This document shows, piece after piece, positions 18,593 to 28,035 of a stretch of DNA of 35,558 bases. The position numbers and the translations under genes are program-made. Positions within the stretch are counted from its first letter, which is position 1. Each line of letters begins with the position of its first letter. The notes beneath the pieces were generated by a model. It saw only the letters and a list, made by a program, of their open reading frames with translations, was not told the DNA's origin and searched no databases. The stretch comes from Bifidobacterium breve (GTDB lineage: Bacteria; Actinomycetota; Actinomycetes; S36-B12): the NCBI GenBank assembly GCA_945885645.1, contig CAMCYV010000003.1, forward strand, positions 1-35,558, read 5' to 3'.

Positions 18593-19414
18593 CTATTCAA
18601 TAGCACGGGTAAATTCCTCAAGCGCATCCGCAGTTATCTCGGGAACGCGCATATGAATCTGCCCACGCAATCCTGGGATTATTTGAGTCCGACAATCACT
18701 GACCATTGCTTGGACCAGCGGGTCATTGTCAGCGAGAAGATCAAATTCAGCATCCAAAAGAAGCGTCGGCTGCTTCAACTCACGCAAAGCTGGTTCAGGG
18801 TCATATCGAAAGGCCGCTTGATAACCCCAGTGGTAACGATCCGAAATTGATAGAACGTCGCCGATGGCGATGTTTAACATCCAGGCGGGAGTGTCGGCAC
18901 CCCAAATTCGGTGATAGCGCTCCAGTGCCCATTGGAATTGTGCACCGCCGGAGGTGAGTTCGATAGGAGGCGTCCAATTGGCAAGATAGTCGGCGCGTTG
19001 TTCAGGAGTCATCAATGCGACACCACTGAGCACTACGCCCTTGACTCGATCAGATTGCTGGGCGATCTCAATCGCAATTGAGGCCCCTGTATGAACTCCA
19101 GCAACGACCATGTTCCCCACGCCGGCGTTTGTGAGCGCTCCAAGAATTGCTGCGGCGTATTCGGGGATTTCATGTCCCGGTTCACCCGGAGGATCCGATA
19201 AACCGTAACCCGGGGTATCGGTCGCGATTACTTCGCGATGCATACCCGAAAACGGCAACATCTCATCCCATACGCGTGAAGATAATGGCGACTCGTGCAG
19301 TAATACGAGCGTCGTGTCACCGGCTTTTTTGCCTGTGGGCGCGGCTCTTCTCATATGCACTTGCCCCCAAGGACCATCGTGGTACTCGCGCCAGATTTTC
19401 GCCACGCCACTCAC
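18593..19414 (-). CDS. Alpha/beta-hydrolase-fold protein with a non-canonical nucleophile elbow (GVHTG)
   Basis: Motifs GQVHMR, LVLLHESPLSS, DTPGYGLSDPP, VVAGVHTGASIA and QPTLLL.AEFD. GTG start overlaps the upstream stop. Confidence 0.88.
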   Translation of the reverse strand: MSGVAKIWREYHDGPWGQVHMRRAAPTGKKAGDTTLVLLHESPLSSRVWDEMLPFSGMHREVIATDTPGYGLSDPPGEPGHEIPEYAAAILGALTNAGVGNMVVAGVHTGASIAIEIAQQSDRVKGVVLSGVALMTPEQRADYLANWTPPIELTSGGAQFQWALERYHRIWGADTPAWMLNIAIGDVLSISDRYHWGYQAAFRYDPEPALRELKQPTLLLDAEFDLLADNDPLVQAMVSDCRTQIIPGLRGQIHMRVPEITADALEEFTRAIE

Positions 19415-20247
19415 AGGGTTGGCCCTGTCTTGAGCATGAATCTCGTACCGGTCTCTATGCGGATCGTGTTCAGTTCTTGACCTGCAGGTACATGAATTAA
19501 TCCAATAGCAGGAACTTTTTCCTCACCACTCACCCGCATTGATCCCTCGAGAACGATGATGAAACGCTCACGTTCTGAAACACTTGAAGGCAATTCAGTA
19601 TTTGACCGGGCACGAACGATTCGACTTGCCGCACCCGTGTTGACATTGAAGCTCAAAGTTCGTGCTTGCAATGCATCATTATTGGACCACGTGTCTTCTG
19701 GGAGTGACGCCCAAGGAAGCAACCCACTCGCTTGATGTCGCACCCAACCGCGTGGACCCAGTGCATCTTCTTCGATGGTGGTGATGGGATTACTTCCCGC
19801 AATTTCGTGCGGATGCACAACACGGCTTACCGGTCCACTTCCGTCAGTGGGCGAAATACCTTCCATCATGAGTATGGCTTCAAAACCATTTTCAGACCAC
19901 GCACAGTGCACAAAACCGGGTGGTCGCCAAAAGTAATCACCTAGTTCCATGAGACCTTCACCATCAAGTGTTACGGCGCCTCCTATAACGAGGCACTCTT
20001 CAACACTGTCGTGATAGGCGCACGTGAGATCCACATACCCTGGATCTGCACGAACATGATCAATACGCCGAGTTGTTACGGGATCCTGATAGAGCTGACG
20101 TATGTTGTACTTGCTCATTAACCCTTCAACGCCCTCAGGGGGGCCAAGATTTTCGCGGAAAGCCGGAGTCATGGTTTCTAGAACCTGAAGTCCATTAACC
20201 CAAGGCGCATCGGTTGTTATCGTTAAATTCGACACCGTAACTCCCAA
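19411..20247 (-). CDS. Bicupin protein (DUF4437/ChrR-like cupin)
   Basis: YHDSVEECLVIGG and GDYFWRPPGFVH supply putative metal ligands. A second degenerate cupin reads ERFIIVLEGSM...IHVPAG. The start is uncertain (20247 or 20235). Confidence 0.75.
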   Translation of the reverse strand: MGVTVSNLTITTDAPWVNGLQVLETMTPAFRENLGPPEGVEGLMSKYNIRQLYQDPVTTRRIDHVRADPGYVDLTCAYHDSVEECLVIGGAVTLDGEGLMELGDYFWRPPGFVHCAWSENGFEAILMMEGISPTDGSGPVSRVVHPHEIAGSNPITTIEEDALGPRGWVRHQASGLLPWASLPEDTWSNNDALQARTLSFNVNTGAASRIVRARSNTELPSSVSERERFIIVLEGSMRVSGEEKVPAIGLIHVPAGQELNTIRIETGTRFMLKTGPTL

Positions 20248-21252
20248 CTAGTTAGATCCGCCACCACTAATGGAATTAGATAGCAATGCGTCGGATGTTT
20301 CTTCCGCTCGTATACAGGCGACTTCGTGATTCGGTGAAAATTCAATGAGCTGAATAATCTGCGATCGACAAGCATCAATGGCCATCGGGCATCGAGGCGC
20401 CAAAACGCACCCAATCGCTCGTACTTCGGTTGGACTTCCGATGTCACCGATCAATCGAAGGCGCGGAAGTGACTCATTGGGGTCGGTCGACAACCTCGAG
20501 GACAGCAACGCACGGGTGTAGGGGTGGCGCGGATCCCTGATTACCTCAGAAACAGGTCCGGTCTCGAGTATTTCGCCAAGATACATCACAGCGATTCGTT
20601 GGCTCACGTACTCAACCGTGGAAATGTCATGTGAAATGAATAAGTAAGCGAGCCCAAGTTCGCGCTGTAGATCCGCGAGCAAACTGAGAATTTGGGCGCG
20701 CACTGAGAGGTCCAGCGACGAGGTTGGTTCATCAAGCACAATGAGCTTCGGGTTGGTGATAATCGCTCGAGCAATACCCACTCTCTGCTGCTGGCCACCC
20801 GAAAGTTGTCCTGGCAATCTCGTGGACGAATCCGGTGAGAGCCCCACTCGCTCGAGCGTCTCGCGCACCCGCTGTTTGCGGGCATCTGAGTTAAGGCCGC
20901 GGTCATGAATTATCAATGGCTCGCCAACTATGTCGCCGATTGACATGCGTGGATTGAGGGACTCAAATGGCTCCTGGAAAACGACCTGTAACTTTGATCG
21001 CATTTCACGCATTTCCTTAACACTCAGTTGAGTGAGATCAACACCATCGAATCGAACTGCACCTTCATCTGGTTCCAGAAGCCGAAGAACGAGACGACCT
21101 AGGGTCGATTTTCCCGACCCTGATTCCCCAATCAAAGCAACAGTCTCACCCGCATTGATTTTCAGAGAAACATTGCTGACTGCGCGAACAATTCCCTTTC
21201 CACCGCGAGCGTGGAATTGTTTGGAAACGCCCTCGAGCTCAAGAAGCGGCAT
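20248..21252 (-). CDS. Peptide/nickel-type ABC transporter ATP-binding protein (OppF/DppF-like)
   Basis: Walker A GESGSGKST, LSGGQQQR, Walker B VLDEPT, HPYTRALL and a C-terminal Cys cluster. Start placed at ATG 21252. Confidence 0.95.
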   Translation of the reverse strand: MPLLELEGVSKQFHARGGKGIVRAVSNVSLKINAGETVALIGESGSGKSTLGRLVLRLLEPDEGAVRFDGVDLTQLSVKEMREMRSKLQVVFQEPFESLNPRMSIGDIVGEPLIIHDRGLNSDARKQRVRETLERVGLSPDSSTRLPGQLSGGQQQRVGIARAIITNPKLIVLDEPTSSLDLSVRAQILSLLADLQRELGLAYLFISHDISTVEYVSQRIAVMYLGEILETGPVSEVIRDPRHPYTRALLSSRLSTDPNESLPRLRLIGDIGSPTEVRAIGCVLAPRCPMAIDACRSQIIQLIEFSPNHEVACIRAEETSDALLSNSISGGGSN

Positions 21253-22234
21253 GACCAACCCTCTCAGACAGATGACAGGCAACGAGGTGATCTGGTGCAA
21301 TCTCTCGGAGGTCTGGGCTCACAGAACAAGCCTCGAAAGCATGCTTGCATCGAGGCCTGAATGAGCAATCGGTTGGGACTACCCGAAGGTCAGGAACGGA
21401 ACCGAGCAATCGGGTTAATTCATGCCCAGGGCGAGGAATGGCACCCAAGAGTGCGGAGGTGTACGGGTGGGCAGGGTTGAGAAACACGGTTTCAACAGAA
21501 CCAGCTTCGACGACTTTCCCGGCGTACATAACAACAACCCTGTGACAATACTGCGCAATGACACCCAGGTCATGTGTTACCAACAAAATGCCTCGGGTCG
21601 AATCAACAACTCGATCTCGGATGAGATCAAGTATCTGGCGTTGAACTGTGACATCAAGACCAGTTGTCGGTTCATCGGCAATGATCAGTTCAGGCTCGAG
21701 CAACATCGCCATAGCGATAACCACTCGCTGGGCCATACCGCCACTGAGCTGATGTGAGTAACCGTCAAGAACACGATCTGGGCCCGCGATTCCAACACTG
21801 GTAAGCATTGCGCGTGCTCGTTCCCTAGCAACGTTCTTAGCTGACGGTTGCCCATGTGCCTTGAGAATGTTTCGGAACTGTTCTTCAATAGAGTAAATGG
21901 GGTTCAGGGAGCCGAATGGATTCTGGGCAACATAACCGACGGATGCGCCGCGAACCTTTCGCAGATTCTTGTTCTTAATGGATAGCAGATCACCATGGCC
22001 AGTTAGTTCCGCCGAGCCGCCGGTTACCTTTCCTGGAGCTTGCAGGAGCCCAAGGATGCCTTTTACCGCTGTTGATTTACCACAACCCGACTCGCCAACA
22101 ATACCGACAATCTCACCGGCATTCACTCGAAGATTGACACCATTTACAGCATGAACGGTTGACTTATGACCCACAAACTCAACCGATAAATCCTTAACGC
22201 TCAACAGTGTTTGCGTCATTACCGTCTGGTTCAT
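21239..22234 (-). CDS. Peptide/nickel-type ABC transporter ATP-binding protein (OppD/DppD-like)
   Basis: Motifs GESGCGKST, HQLSGGMAQR, IADEPTTGLDVTVQ, HPYT and CSFRPRC..C..VACH. Confidence 0.95.
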   Translation of the reverse strand: MNQTVMTQTLLSVKDLSVEFVGHKSTVHAVNGVNLRVNAGEIVGIVGESGCGKSTAVKGILGLLQAPGKVTGGSAELTGHGDLLSIKNKNLRKVRGASVGYVAQNPFGSLNPIYSIEEQFRNILKAHGQPSAKNVARERARAMLTSVGIAGPDRVLDGYSHQLSGGMAQRVVIAMAMLLEPELIIADEPTTGLDVTVQRQILDLIRDRVVDSTRGILLVTHDLGVIAQYCHRVVVMYAGKVVEAGSVETVFLNPAHPYTSALLGAIPRPGHELTRLLGSVPDLRVVPTDCSFRPRCKHAFEACSVSPDLREIAPDHLVACHLSERVGHAAS

Positions 22235-23076
22235 CGGATTGTCCTTGTGTTGAAGTCCGAGATTGCATCAGAGAGCTGATTCAGAATCCACACGCACAAT
22301 AAGACGAAGAGACCGGGGAAAAATGCAACCCACCACTCACCGCTAATCATGTTGGATGAACCTGCTCGAATCATCGATCCCCAACTTGGTGTGGGTGGGG
22401 CAACACCAATACCGAGGAACGAGAGTGTTGCAATCACGACGATTGCGTTGGCCATGGTGAGTGTGGTCTGAGCCGTAATCATGCCCATCACGTTCGGGAG
22501 AACATGTTTGCGCAATGCACGCGGCAAGGGCACACCCACAGCGGTCGTGGCTTCCATGAATCTCGCCTCACGTAGGGAGAGCACTTCACTTCTAATAAGT
22601 CGCATATAACGTGGGATATTGATCAGCGCGATTGCCACAACGACCATGTACAACTTGTTTCCTGAAAGACTCACCAGCACCAGGGCCAAGATCAGAAGTG
22701 GAAACGCTTGGAATGCATCCATTCCTCGAACCAGGTTGTCACTCCAGCGCTTCTTGACACTTGTCAGAAGGCCTAGAGGTACACCAATGATGAGGGACAG
22801 GAATGTTCCCGCGAGCGCAAGTGACAGATCTATCCAAGCGGCCGCAATCGTGCGTGAGAAAACGTCACCACCTGTGATATCTGTCCCAAACCAATGATCT
22901 GCACTCGGCGGCGAGATTCCTACCCCTGGGTTTGGTGCCTCAGGATCGTAAGGGAGTGGCGCAAAAAGACTCGCCAGGATGAGAACGATGATGAAAAAGG
23001 CACCTGCGACAGCGAACTTGTGCATCTGCACAAAATCCCGGAAGTTACTCTGCTTCTTCACGGTTTTAGTTGCCAT
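22231..23076 (-). CDS. ABC transporter permease (OppC/DppC-like)
   Basis: Motifs PSADHWFGTD..G.DVFSR, EAA-loop (FMEA..AVG), HVLPN and LSFLGIG..PPTPSWG. Start placed at ATG 23076. Confidence 0.94.
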   Translation of the reverse strand: MATKTVKKQSNFRDFVQMHKFAVAGAFFIIVLILASLFAPLPYDPEAPNPGVGISPPSADHWFGTDITGGDVFSRTIAAAWIDLSLALAGTFLSLIIGVPLGLLTSVKKRWSDNLVRGMDAFQAFPLLILALVLVSLSGNKLYMVVVAIALINIPRYMRLIRSEVLSLREARFMEATTAVGVPLPRALRKHVLPNVMGMITAQTTLTMANAIVVIATLSFLGIGVAPPTPSWGSMIRAGSSNMISGEWWVAFFPGLFVLLCVWILNQLSDAISDFNTRTIR

Positions 23077-24139
23077 AACTGATCCTTGGGTCGAGCCAAG
23101 CAACAACTATGTCTAAGAGTGTGTAGATCAAGAGGGTGATGATTCCGGCCACGAGTACGAAGCCCTGGATCACGGGAATATCAAGTCGCAGAATTCCATC
23201 GAGGGCCCACTGCCCCATACCGTTCCAACTGAAAATCGTTTCAACAACTGCTGCGCCGCCAAACAATGACGCAAAAATGATTCCCGCATATGTCAAGATA
23301 CTTGACCGAATTTGCACCAGTCCATAACGTAATGTTCGCCATTCGGACAGACCACTGGCACGGGCGAATTGCACTTGTTGGGACTGCATAGATTCAGCGA
23401 GCGCAGATCGGGTGATTTTCGCGAAATATCCCGCATAAACAAGTCCCAAAGTTAAGACCGGTAGGACTAAATGAGCTAGGGCATTATTAAAGGCCTCTAG
23501 ATCGCCGGCGATGAGTGAATCAATGGGAACGAAACCTGTTACTTGTTCGGGGGGAGTAATCAAAATATCAAGTTGACCTGACGGTGCGGGCGCCCAGTCA
23601 AGATAGAAAAAGAAGATCAAAATGAGAAGCAATGCGAAGAAGAAATCCGGGATCGCCTGAAGTGCACTCGCAATTCCGCGTGAGCCTGACTCAGGCCAGC
23701 GGCCCCGGAAGTAGCCGCCGATCGTGCCTAGGATGACACCGATAACAATTGCCACCCCGACACTGAGCAGAACCAATTCCAATGTGGACGGTAGCCGGTC
23801 AGCGATTTCGGTGATTACGGGTTGCCGTGAAAAGTATGAGGTGCCCAGGTCGCCGGTAAAGATACCTGTTATGTAGTCAAAATAGCGAGTGGGGATCGGC
23901 TGATCAAGTCCGAGGTCAGCACGGATTGCATCTATTTGCTCTGCAGTTGCGAGACTGCCAGCGATGACCCGAGCAGGGTCACCGGGTGCCAACGCGATGA
24001 GCAGAAATGAAATTGAAAGTACGGAGAATATCGCGACAGCAAAAAAACCAAGTCGCTTGAGAACAAGGACGGCGAGACGGACACGACGACTCCGCCCACC
24101 CTTTCGGGTGGGCGGAGTTGACGTAGTTGTTATTGACAA
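23066..24139 (-). CDS. ABC transporter permease (OppB/DppB-like)
   Basis: Motifs PGDPA, LGLDQP, GDLGTS, RLPSTLEL, HLVLP, ARASGL, VVETIFSWNGMG and LDPRI. Start placed at TTG 24139, after the SBP stop and with GAGG upstream. Confidence 0.92.
   Translation of the reverse strand: MSITTTSTPPTRKGGRSRRVRLAVLVLKRLGFFAVAIFSVLSISFLLIALAPGDPARVIAGSLATAEQIDAIRADLGLDQPIPTRYFDYITGIFTGDLGTSYFSRQPVITEIADRLPSTLELVLLSVGVAIVIGVILGTIGGYFRGRWPESGSRGIASALQAIPDFFFALLLILIFFFYLDWAPAPSGQLDILITPPEQVTGFVPIDSLIAGDLEAFNNALAHLVLPVLTLGLVYAGYFAKITRSALAESMQSQQVQFARASGLSEWRTLRYGLVQIRSSILTYAGIIFASLFGGAAVVETIFSWNGMGQWALDGILRLDIPVIQGFVLVAGIITLLIYTLLDIVVAWLDPRISYGN
24089..24118 (-). other. Perfect 13-bp stem with GAAA tetraloop (mRNA sense) just downstream of the SBP gene
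   Basis: The + strand reads ACTCCGCCCACCC-TTTC-GGGTGGGCGGAGT. Confidence 0.75.
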
Positions 24140-24143
24140 CTGA

Positions 24144-25802
24144 TTAACCTCGGGACAGCTCACCGATGACTGTTGCACCATGTGGATACATGTTGTAACC
24201 CTGGATGTCATTTAGCGACGATGCGATATCAGACGCTTCAGTGAGGTAAACCGATGGAACCAAGTCCTGCACCATGTCCTGAGCTGCTGCAATTGCAGCG
24301 TCACGCTCAGGGCCTGCGTCAGTGCTCACGATTGTCTTGACGTAGGCGTCAAATTCATCGTTAGCAAATCCTGTGTTGTTCAGGAAGGACTTTGAACCAA
24401 GGTAGAGGTTGAAGATGTACCCTGAGTCGGCCACTGCTGGACGCTCTGTGTACAGCCATGACTGCAGCGACTTCTCGCCCACGGCCTTTTCGAAGTCAGC
24501 CTCAGAAGCGATCGGATTAAGGGTCGCGTTGATGCCAACTGCTTGAAGGTCAGCAACCAAGAGACGTCCGAGATCCTCAGCGAACGGACCGGGACGGCCA
24601 TTGTTCGTGGTGATCTGGAGTGTCATTCCATCAGCACCAGCCTCAGCCAAGAGTGCCTTGGCCTGCTCTGGGTCATAGGAATTCGGACGGTTACTTGCCG
24701 GGAAGTTCATTGCTGAAGGCAGGCCATCTGGTGCTGCATCCGCATAACCCGCGTAGATCGAGTCTAGGAATGCATCACGGTTGATCGCCAAACTGATTGC
24801 CTTACGAACCCGTGGATCAGCCAACTGGGGATCCTTGGTGTTCAGTGACAGTGTGTGACGGTTTACGTCGGCGGTCAAAAGCACCTTTGCATTGTCGCTT
24901 TCCGCAATCTGTGCCAATTTGTCAAACGGAGTGTCTGTGATGAGATCAACTTCGCTGGCAAGTAGCAGCTGGGTACGGTTTGCACCTTCAGGGACCATCC
25001 GCACAATTGCATTCTGGAAGAAGACTGGATCACCGAAGTAGCCAGGCATGGCTGCGTAACGGATTTCCTGACCTGGGTCAATGCTCTCCACGAGGTATGG
25101 ACCGAAGCTGGCGGTGTTTGTACCAAGCCACGTAGATGCCCATGGGTCATCCGCGGTGGCTTCCGCTTGCGCCTTAACGGCGTCAAGAATGCACATCGTT
25201 GGGTGCGTGAGCACTGCGATAGCAACGGCACTTGGCTCGGTGAGGTTCATCTTGAACGTGAGGTCGTCGATCACTTCAATCGACTTTTCCTGATTGATAT
25301 TAGCGATCGGCATCAGAATTCCTGAAACGATTGGGCTACCCGCGCTCATGCGATCAAAGGACCACTTAACGTCAGCTGACGTCAATGGGTTACCCCACGA
25401 GCTCACAACGCCCTCGCGAAGTTTGAATGTGTATGAGGTTCCTGCAGCATCGGCTTCCCAGCTCTCAGCCAAGTTGCCCGTTACATCGCCTGGAAGGAAG
25501 GTTTTGCCTTCTGCTGCCACCGCGGCGTCGTATTCCACGAGCGTGGTGCAGTACTGAGCCATGTTATAGACGTCAGCTAGTCCGGTAAAGACACTCGGGT
25601 CCAACTGGCTGGCAACGTTGCCCCATGCCATTGTGACGGTGGTCGATTGACCGTCGTCTTCTGTCGCAACTTCCTCAGTAGCGGAAGTTTCAGTTTCGGC
25701 TGACGTTTCAGCGGAATCAGTAGATCCGCCACCACAGCCAGCCAGCAATACGGAAGTTGCAACCGCAAGGGTCACGATTCCGCTGATGCGCCTAACTCTC
25801 AT
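24144..25802 (-). CDS. Family 5 ABC solute-binding lipoprotein (OppA/DppA-like)
   Basis: Signal peptide with lipobox LAGC and an acidic linker. Motifs LAESWE, YTFKLREGV, LTSADVKWSFDR, GPY and DPRVRKAISLAINR. ATG 25802 has a GGAG RBS; GTG 25811 is an alternative start. Confidence 0.95.
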   Translation of the reverse strand: MRVRRISGIVTLAVATSVLLAGCGGGSTDSAETSAETETSATEEVATEDDGQSTTVTMAWGNVASQLDPSVFTGLADVYNMAQYCTTLVEYDAAVAAEGKTFLPGDVTGNLAESWEADAAGTSYTFKLREGVVSSWGNPLTSADVKWSFDRMSAGSPIVSGILMPIANINQEKSIEVIDDLTFKMNLTEPSAVAIAVLTHPTMCILDAVKAQAEATADDPWASTWLGTNTASFGPYLVESIDPGQEIRYAAMPGYFGDPVFFQNAIVRMVPEGANRTQLLLASEVDLITDTPFDKLAQIAESDNAKVLLTADVNRHTLSLNTKDPQLADPRVRKAISLAINRDAFLDSIYAGYADAAPDGLPSAMNFPASNRPNSYDPEQAKALLAEAGADGMTLQITTNNGRPGPFAEDLGRLLVADLQAVGINATLNPIASEADFEKAVGEKSLQSWLYTERPAVADSGYIFNLYLGSKSFLNNTGFANDEFDAYVKTIVSTDAGPERDAAIAAAQDMVQDLVPSVYLTEASDIASSLNDIQGYNMYPHGATVIGELSRG

Positions 25803-25898
25803 AGTGCTCACTCCATTCTTCCGACGGCGTTGCGTCGAAGTATGCGATCGCCTACACCCATCGGTGAGGTTGCTCCAGTCTTAACCACTCGCAAATGA

Positions 25899-25913
25899 AA
25901 TTCTCAGACATTT
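25899..25913. promoter_or_regulatory. Candidate FadR-type operator C (AATTCTCAGACATTT)
   Basis: Motif copy in the divergent region between the SBP and regulator genes. Confidence 0.65.
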
Positions 25914-26062
25914 ACAAATCGTTGTCAAAACGTTAGTAAGTTTTGCCGTGTGACACAACCGAATTGGGAAATTATGTCGGTTATTCGCCAAATAGAGGCG
26001 ACACCCAGTACCTTTGGGCATCCGATCCGGCTCCGAGTCAGATCATGGAAGGGAACGCCCCT

Positions 26063-26833
26063 GTGAATATGCCTGCTTCGCTCCCCCAGGGGCTGTCTCA
26101 TGAGGCCGGTCGCTCATCCCTGTCCGTAAATCGGATACAGCCAGCCTACGCACAGGTGGCCAGCCAGTTGCGAGATTTGATTGTCACCGGGCAAATTCAA
26201 ACAGGGGATCATTTGCCCAATGAGTCAGAATTAGCAACGATTTTTGGGGTCAGCCGCAGCACGGTTCGGGAAGCTTTGCGATCACTCGCAGCCCAAAGTT
26301 TGGTGTACACCAAACGTGGGGTCACGGGCGGCACTTTCGTCGCGGAACTTGATGCCGAAACCGTGAGCGCATACCTGCGCACCAGCTTGGGCCTGATGAG
26401 TGGGTCGGCCGGTGTTTCCGTCGCTGAACTGCTGGAGACCCGAGCCGCCCTGGAGGTGCCCGCCACTCGACTAGCAGCAATACGTCGGACAGATGGCGCA
26501 ATTACGGAAATGGAACAAAACCTAAGCATCAGCAACGTAGAGGATGAAGCGGTCCGGTACGCCAAGAATTCCCGCTTCCACGAATTAATTCTGGAGGCTT
26601 CCGGGAACCGCCTGCTGGGGCTGGTCGCTTCGCCAATCTTTGACGTACTTAAATCCCGATTCCGGCGCGAGGATGTAGAAAAGAACTACTGGGATCGAGT
26701 GGATAACGACCACCGCGAGATTTTCAGTCACATTGAGGCGGGGGATCCCGACGGTGCCGAATCCGCGATGCGGGCTCACTTACGCAGACTCGAATCGACT
26801 TACGAAGCCACGGACATTACCGCGCACCCTTGA
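26063..26833 (+). CDS. GntR-family, FadR-subfamily (FCD) transcriptional regulator
   Basis: wHTH GDHLPNESELATIFGVSRSTVREAL..L...RG..GGTFV and FCD domain LLETRAALE, FHELI.EASGN, DH.EI, AMRAHL. GTG 26063 has GGAAGGGA upstream. Confidence 0.95.
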   Translation: MNMPASLPQGLSHEAGRSSLSVNRIQPAYAQVASQLRDLIVTGQIQTGDHLPNESELATIFGVSRSTVREALRSLAAQSLVYTKRGVTGGTFVAELDAETVSAYLRTSLGLMSGSAGVSVAELLETRAALEVPATRLAAIRRTDGAITEMEQNLSISNVEDEAVRYAKNSRFHELILEASGNRLLGLVASPIFDVLKSRFRREDVEKNYWDRVDNDHREIFSHIEAGDPDGAESAMRAHLRRLESTYEATDITAHP

Positions 26834-26871
26834 GGGAAACCGCCAAGTAGAGCCGACACTTCAATTGTTCG

Positions 26872-28035
26872 TCAGTAACTGCGTGGCATACCTAAGCCCT
26901 GGGCAATGATGCTGCGCACAAGATCATTGTTGACCGGGCTGAACAGCTGAAGCCGAGCATCCCGCAGGAATCTCTGCATGGCGGATTCCTCAGCGATACC
27001 CATCGCACCCATGACACGGGAAGCGTGATCAACCAAGCGGCTGACGCATTCAGCGGCAACCAGTTTTGCCATTGCCGACTCTTGCGATGCTGGCTTGCCA
27101 GCATCTATCAGCCGGGCTGCGTGTTCAACTAGCAGGGAAGCCGCGGTGAGTTCAGCTGCTGATTCCGCAAGTGGATGTTGCACAGCTTGATAACGGCTGA
27201 TAGGTCCACCGAATGCCTCCCGCTCATTGACGTATCTCAGAACAAGATCCAGTGCACCGTGTCCAATCCCCAGGCTGATCGCCGCCGACAGCACCCGTTC
27301 CACATCGAGGGTGCCACGAAGTGCGTGCAATCCCCTACCGCGCTCGCCAACGATTGAGTCGGCAGGCGCGATCGCGTCGGTGAAGAAAACTTCGCATGTG
27401 CCTGCTGCCCGCATAATGGCTAGGTTCACTTTGTTCGCCTGAACACCAGGTTGGTCTGCGGGAACGATCAACAGTGATAGACCTGACGCCTGACTGCGGC
27501 CTTCTTCTGGTTTATCCGTGCGAGCAAGTACGAAGATTAAATCAGCTTCATTGGCCAGTGAAATCCACAATTTCTGCCCATTGATGCGCCATGAACCATC
27601 TTCAAATTTTGCTTGAGTCCTCAGCGCTAGCAGATCCGATCCACCACCTGGCTCGCTCAAGGCGTACGAGTAGATGCGTTCTCCCGAAGCTAGGCCGGCG
27701 ATCAGGTCGGTGTGCTGACCACTATCGATGATGGTGCGTCCCACCATGCCGCACAGCACGTAATCAACTGCCATGGACGGGAAAACTCGAGCCAGCTCAC
27801 GGGTGACTATCGTGGATTCAGCCACGCCGCCACCGCTGCCGCCACAATCCACCGGCATGCCGAGTCCGAGCATTCCGTTCTCACCCAGAGTCTTCCAAAC
27901 ATCACGCAAGAAGGTTCGGTTGCGATCTGCCTCAGCAACACGCTCTTCAGGTAGGTGTCGGCTGATCAATCCCTGCATGCTTTCCGTTAATGCAATTTCA
28001 TGTTCTTCTCGAAATGCGTGCAGAATTTCAGTCAT
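26872..28035 (-). CDS. Acyl-CoA dehydrogenase (C-terminal Glu absent, helix-G Glu type)
   Basis: Motifs YALSEPGGGSD, INGQKLWIS, TLDVERV, REAFGGPI..YQAVQHPLA and LGMPRSY. ATG 28035 has a GGAGG RBS and overlaps the amidase stop. Confidence 0.94.
   Translation of the reverse strand: MTEILHAFREEHEIALTESMQGLISRHLPEERVAEADRNRTFLRDVWKTLGENGMLGLGMPVDCGGSGGGVAESTIVTRELARVFPSMAVDYVLCGMVGRTIIDSGQHTDLIAGLASGERIYSYALSEPGGGSDLLALRTQAKFEDGSWRINGQKLWISLANEADLIFVLARTDKPEEGRSQASGLSLLIVPADQPGVQANKVNLAIMRAAGTCEVFFTDAIAPADSIVGERGRGLHALRGTLDVERVLSAAISLGIGHGALDLVLRYVNEREAFGGPISRYQAVQHPLAESAAELTAASLLVEHAARLIDAGKPASQESAMAKLVAAECVSRLVDHASRVMGAMGIAEESAMQRFLRDARLQLFSPVNNDLVRSIIAQGLGMPRSY

Noticed and set aside
18133-18627. 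164-aa minus-strand ORF that would bridge the hydrolase and crotonase genes
   Set aside because: It has no protein-like motifs and overlaps the + strand ORF 18196-18588, which has a -10 box and a hotdog-like pattern.
25818-25872. Small hairpins in the SBP 5' leader (CGACG...CGTCG), considered as a riboswitch
   Set aside because: The stems are short and I recognise no aptamer consensus. An Rfam/Infernal scan would be needed.
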